Assembly (NCBI RefSeq): GCF_001598795.1
Contig: NZ_BCZP01000037.1
Coordinates: 10,133-42,132, forward strand
Source: Delftia acidovorans NBRC 14950
GTDB lineage: Bacteria > Pseudomonadota > Gammaproteobacteria > Burkholderiales > Burkholderiaceae_C
DNA: 32,000 nt
Reading direction: 5' to 3'
Under the pieces are notes generated by a model that ran no database searches, was not told the DNA's origin, and worked only from the letters and a program-made list of their open reading frames with translations. Positions 31,982 to 32,000 of the stretch are shown here, piece after piece. The translations under genes and the position numbers were made by a program. Position 1 is the first letter of the stretch, and every line of letters starts with the position of its first letter.

Positions 31982-32000
31982 TCTAAATCTTTCCTGAGAT

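Overview
The window is GC-rich core chromosome. Gene order and protein sequences suggest a betaproteobacterium (Burkholderiales, possibly Comamonadaceae; this is inference). From 1 to about 26120 almost every gene is on the minus strand, and they form two housekeeping blocks. The first is rpsB-tsf-pyrH-frr-uppS-cdsA-dxr-rseP-bamA-skp-lpxD-fabZ-lpxA-lpxB-rnhB. It is followed by a SpoU/TrmH methyltransferase, carA-carB, greA, a DUF4149 membrane protein, then (after two plus-strand genes) rlmE-ftsH-folP. The two plus-strand genes are yhbY and an uncharacterised glycosyltransferase-like ORF. The right end carries a DadA-like FAD oxidoreductase and nnr on the plus strand, convergent with rnr (RNase R). 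Genes are tightly packed, with several 1-8 nt start/stop overlaps. Clean rho-independent terminators sit at the ftsH/folP, carB/greA and rpsB/tsf junctions and between the convergent glycosyltransferase-like and DUF4149 genes. I found no tRNA or rRNA gene, CRISPR array, IS element, integrase, phage gene, toxin-antitoxin pair or defence-like cassette. My honest assessment is that this is an ordinary, conserved region with no convincing novel multi-gene system. The items most worth a second look are modest. They are the orphan GT-A-like ORF inserted into the greA-yhbY-rlmE-ftsH-folP block, a possibly leaderless yhbY driven by a symmetric -10 element, and the hairpin-dense carB-greA spacer, which places an intrinsic terminator in the greA leader. 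The others are the long rpsB leader, and RNase R with a short N-terminus, a long tail and no terminator between it and nnr. Many very long ORFs in the supplied track are antisense or out-of-frame artefacts of the GC bias. Several true genes start downstream of the longest-ORF start, some at TTG or GTG.
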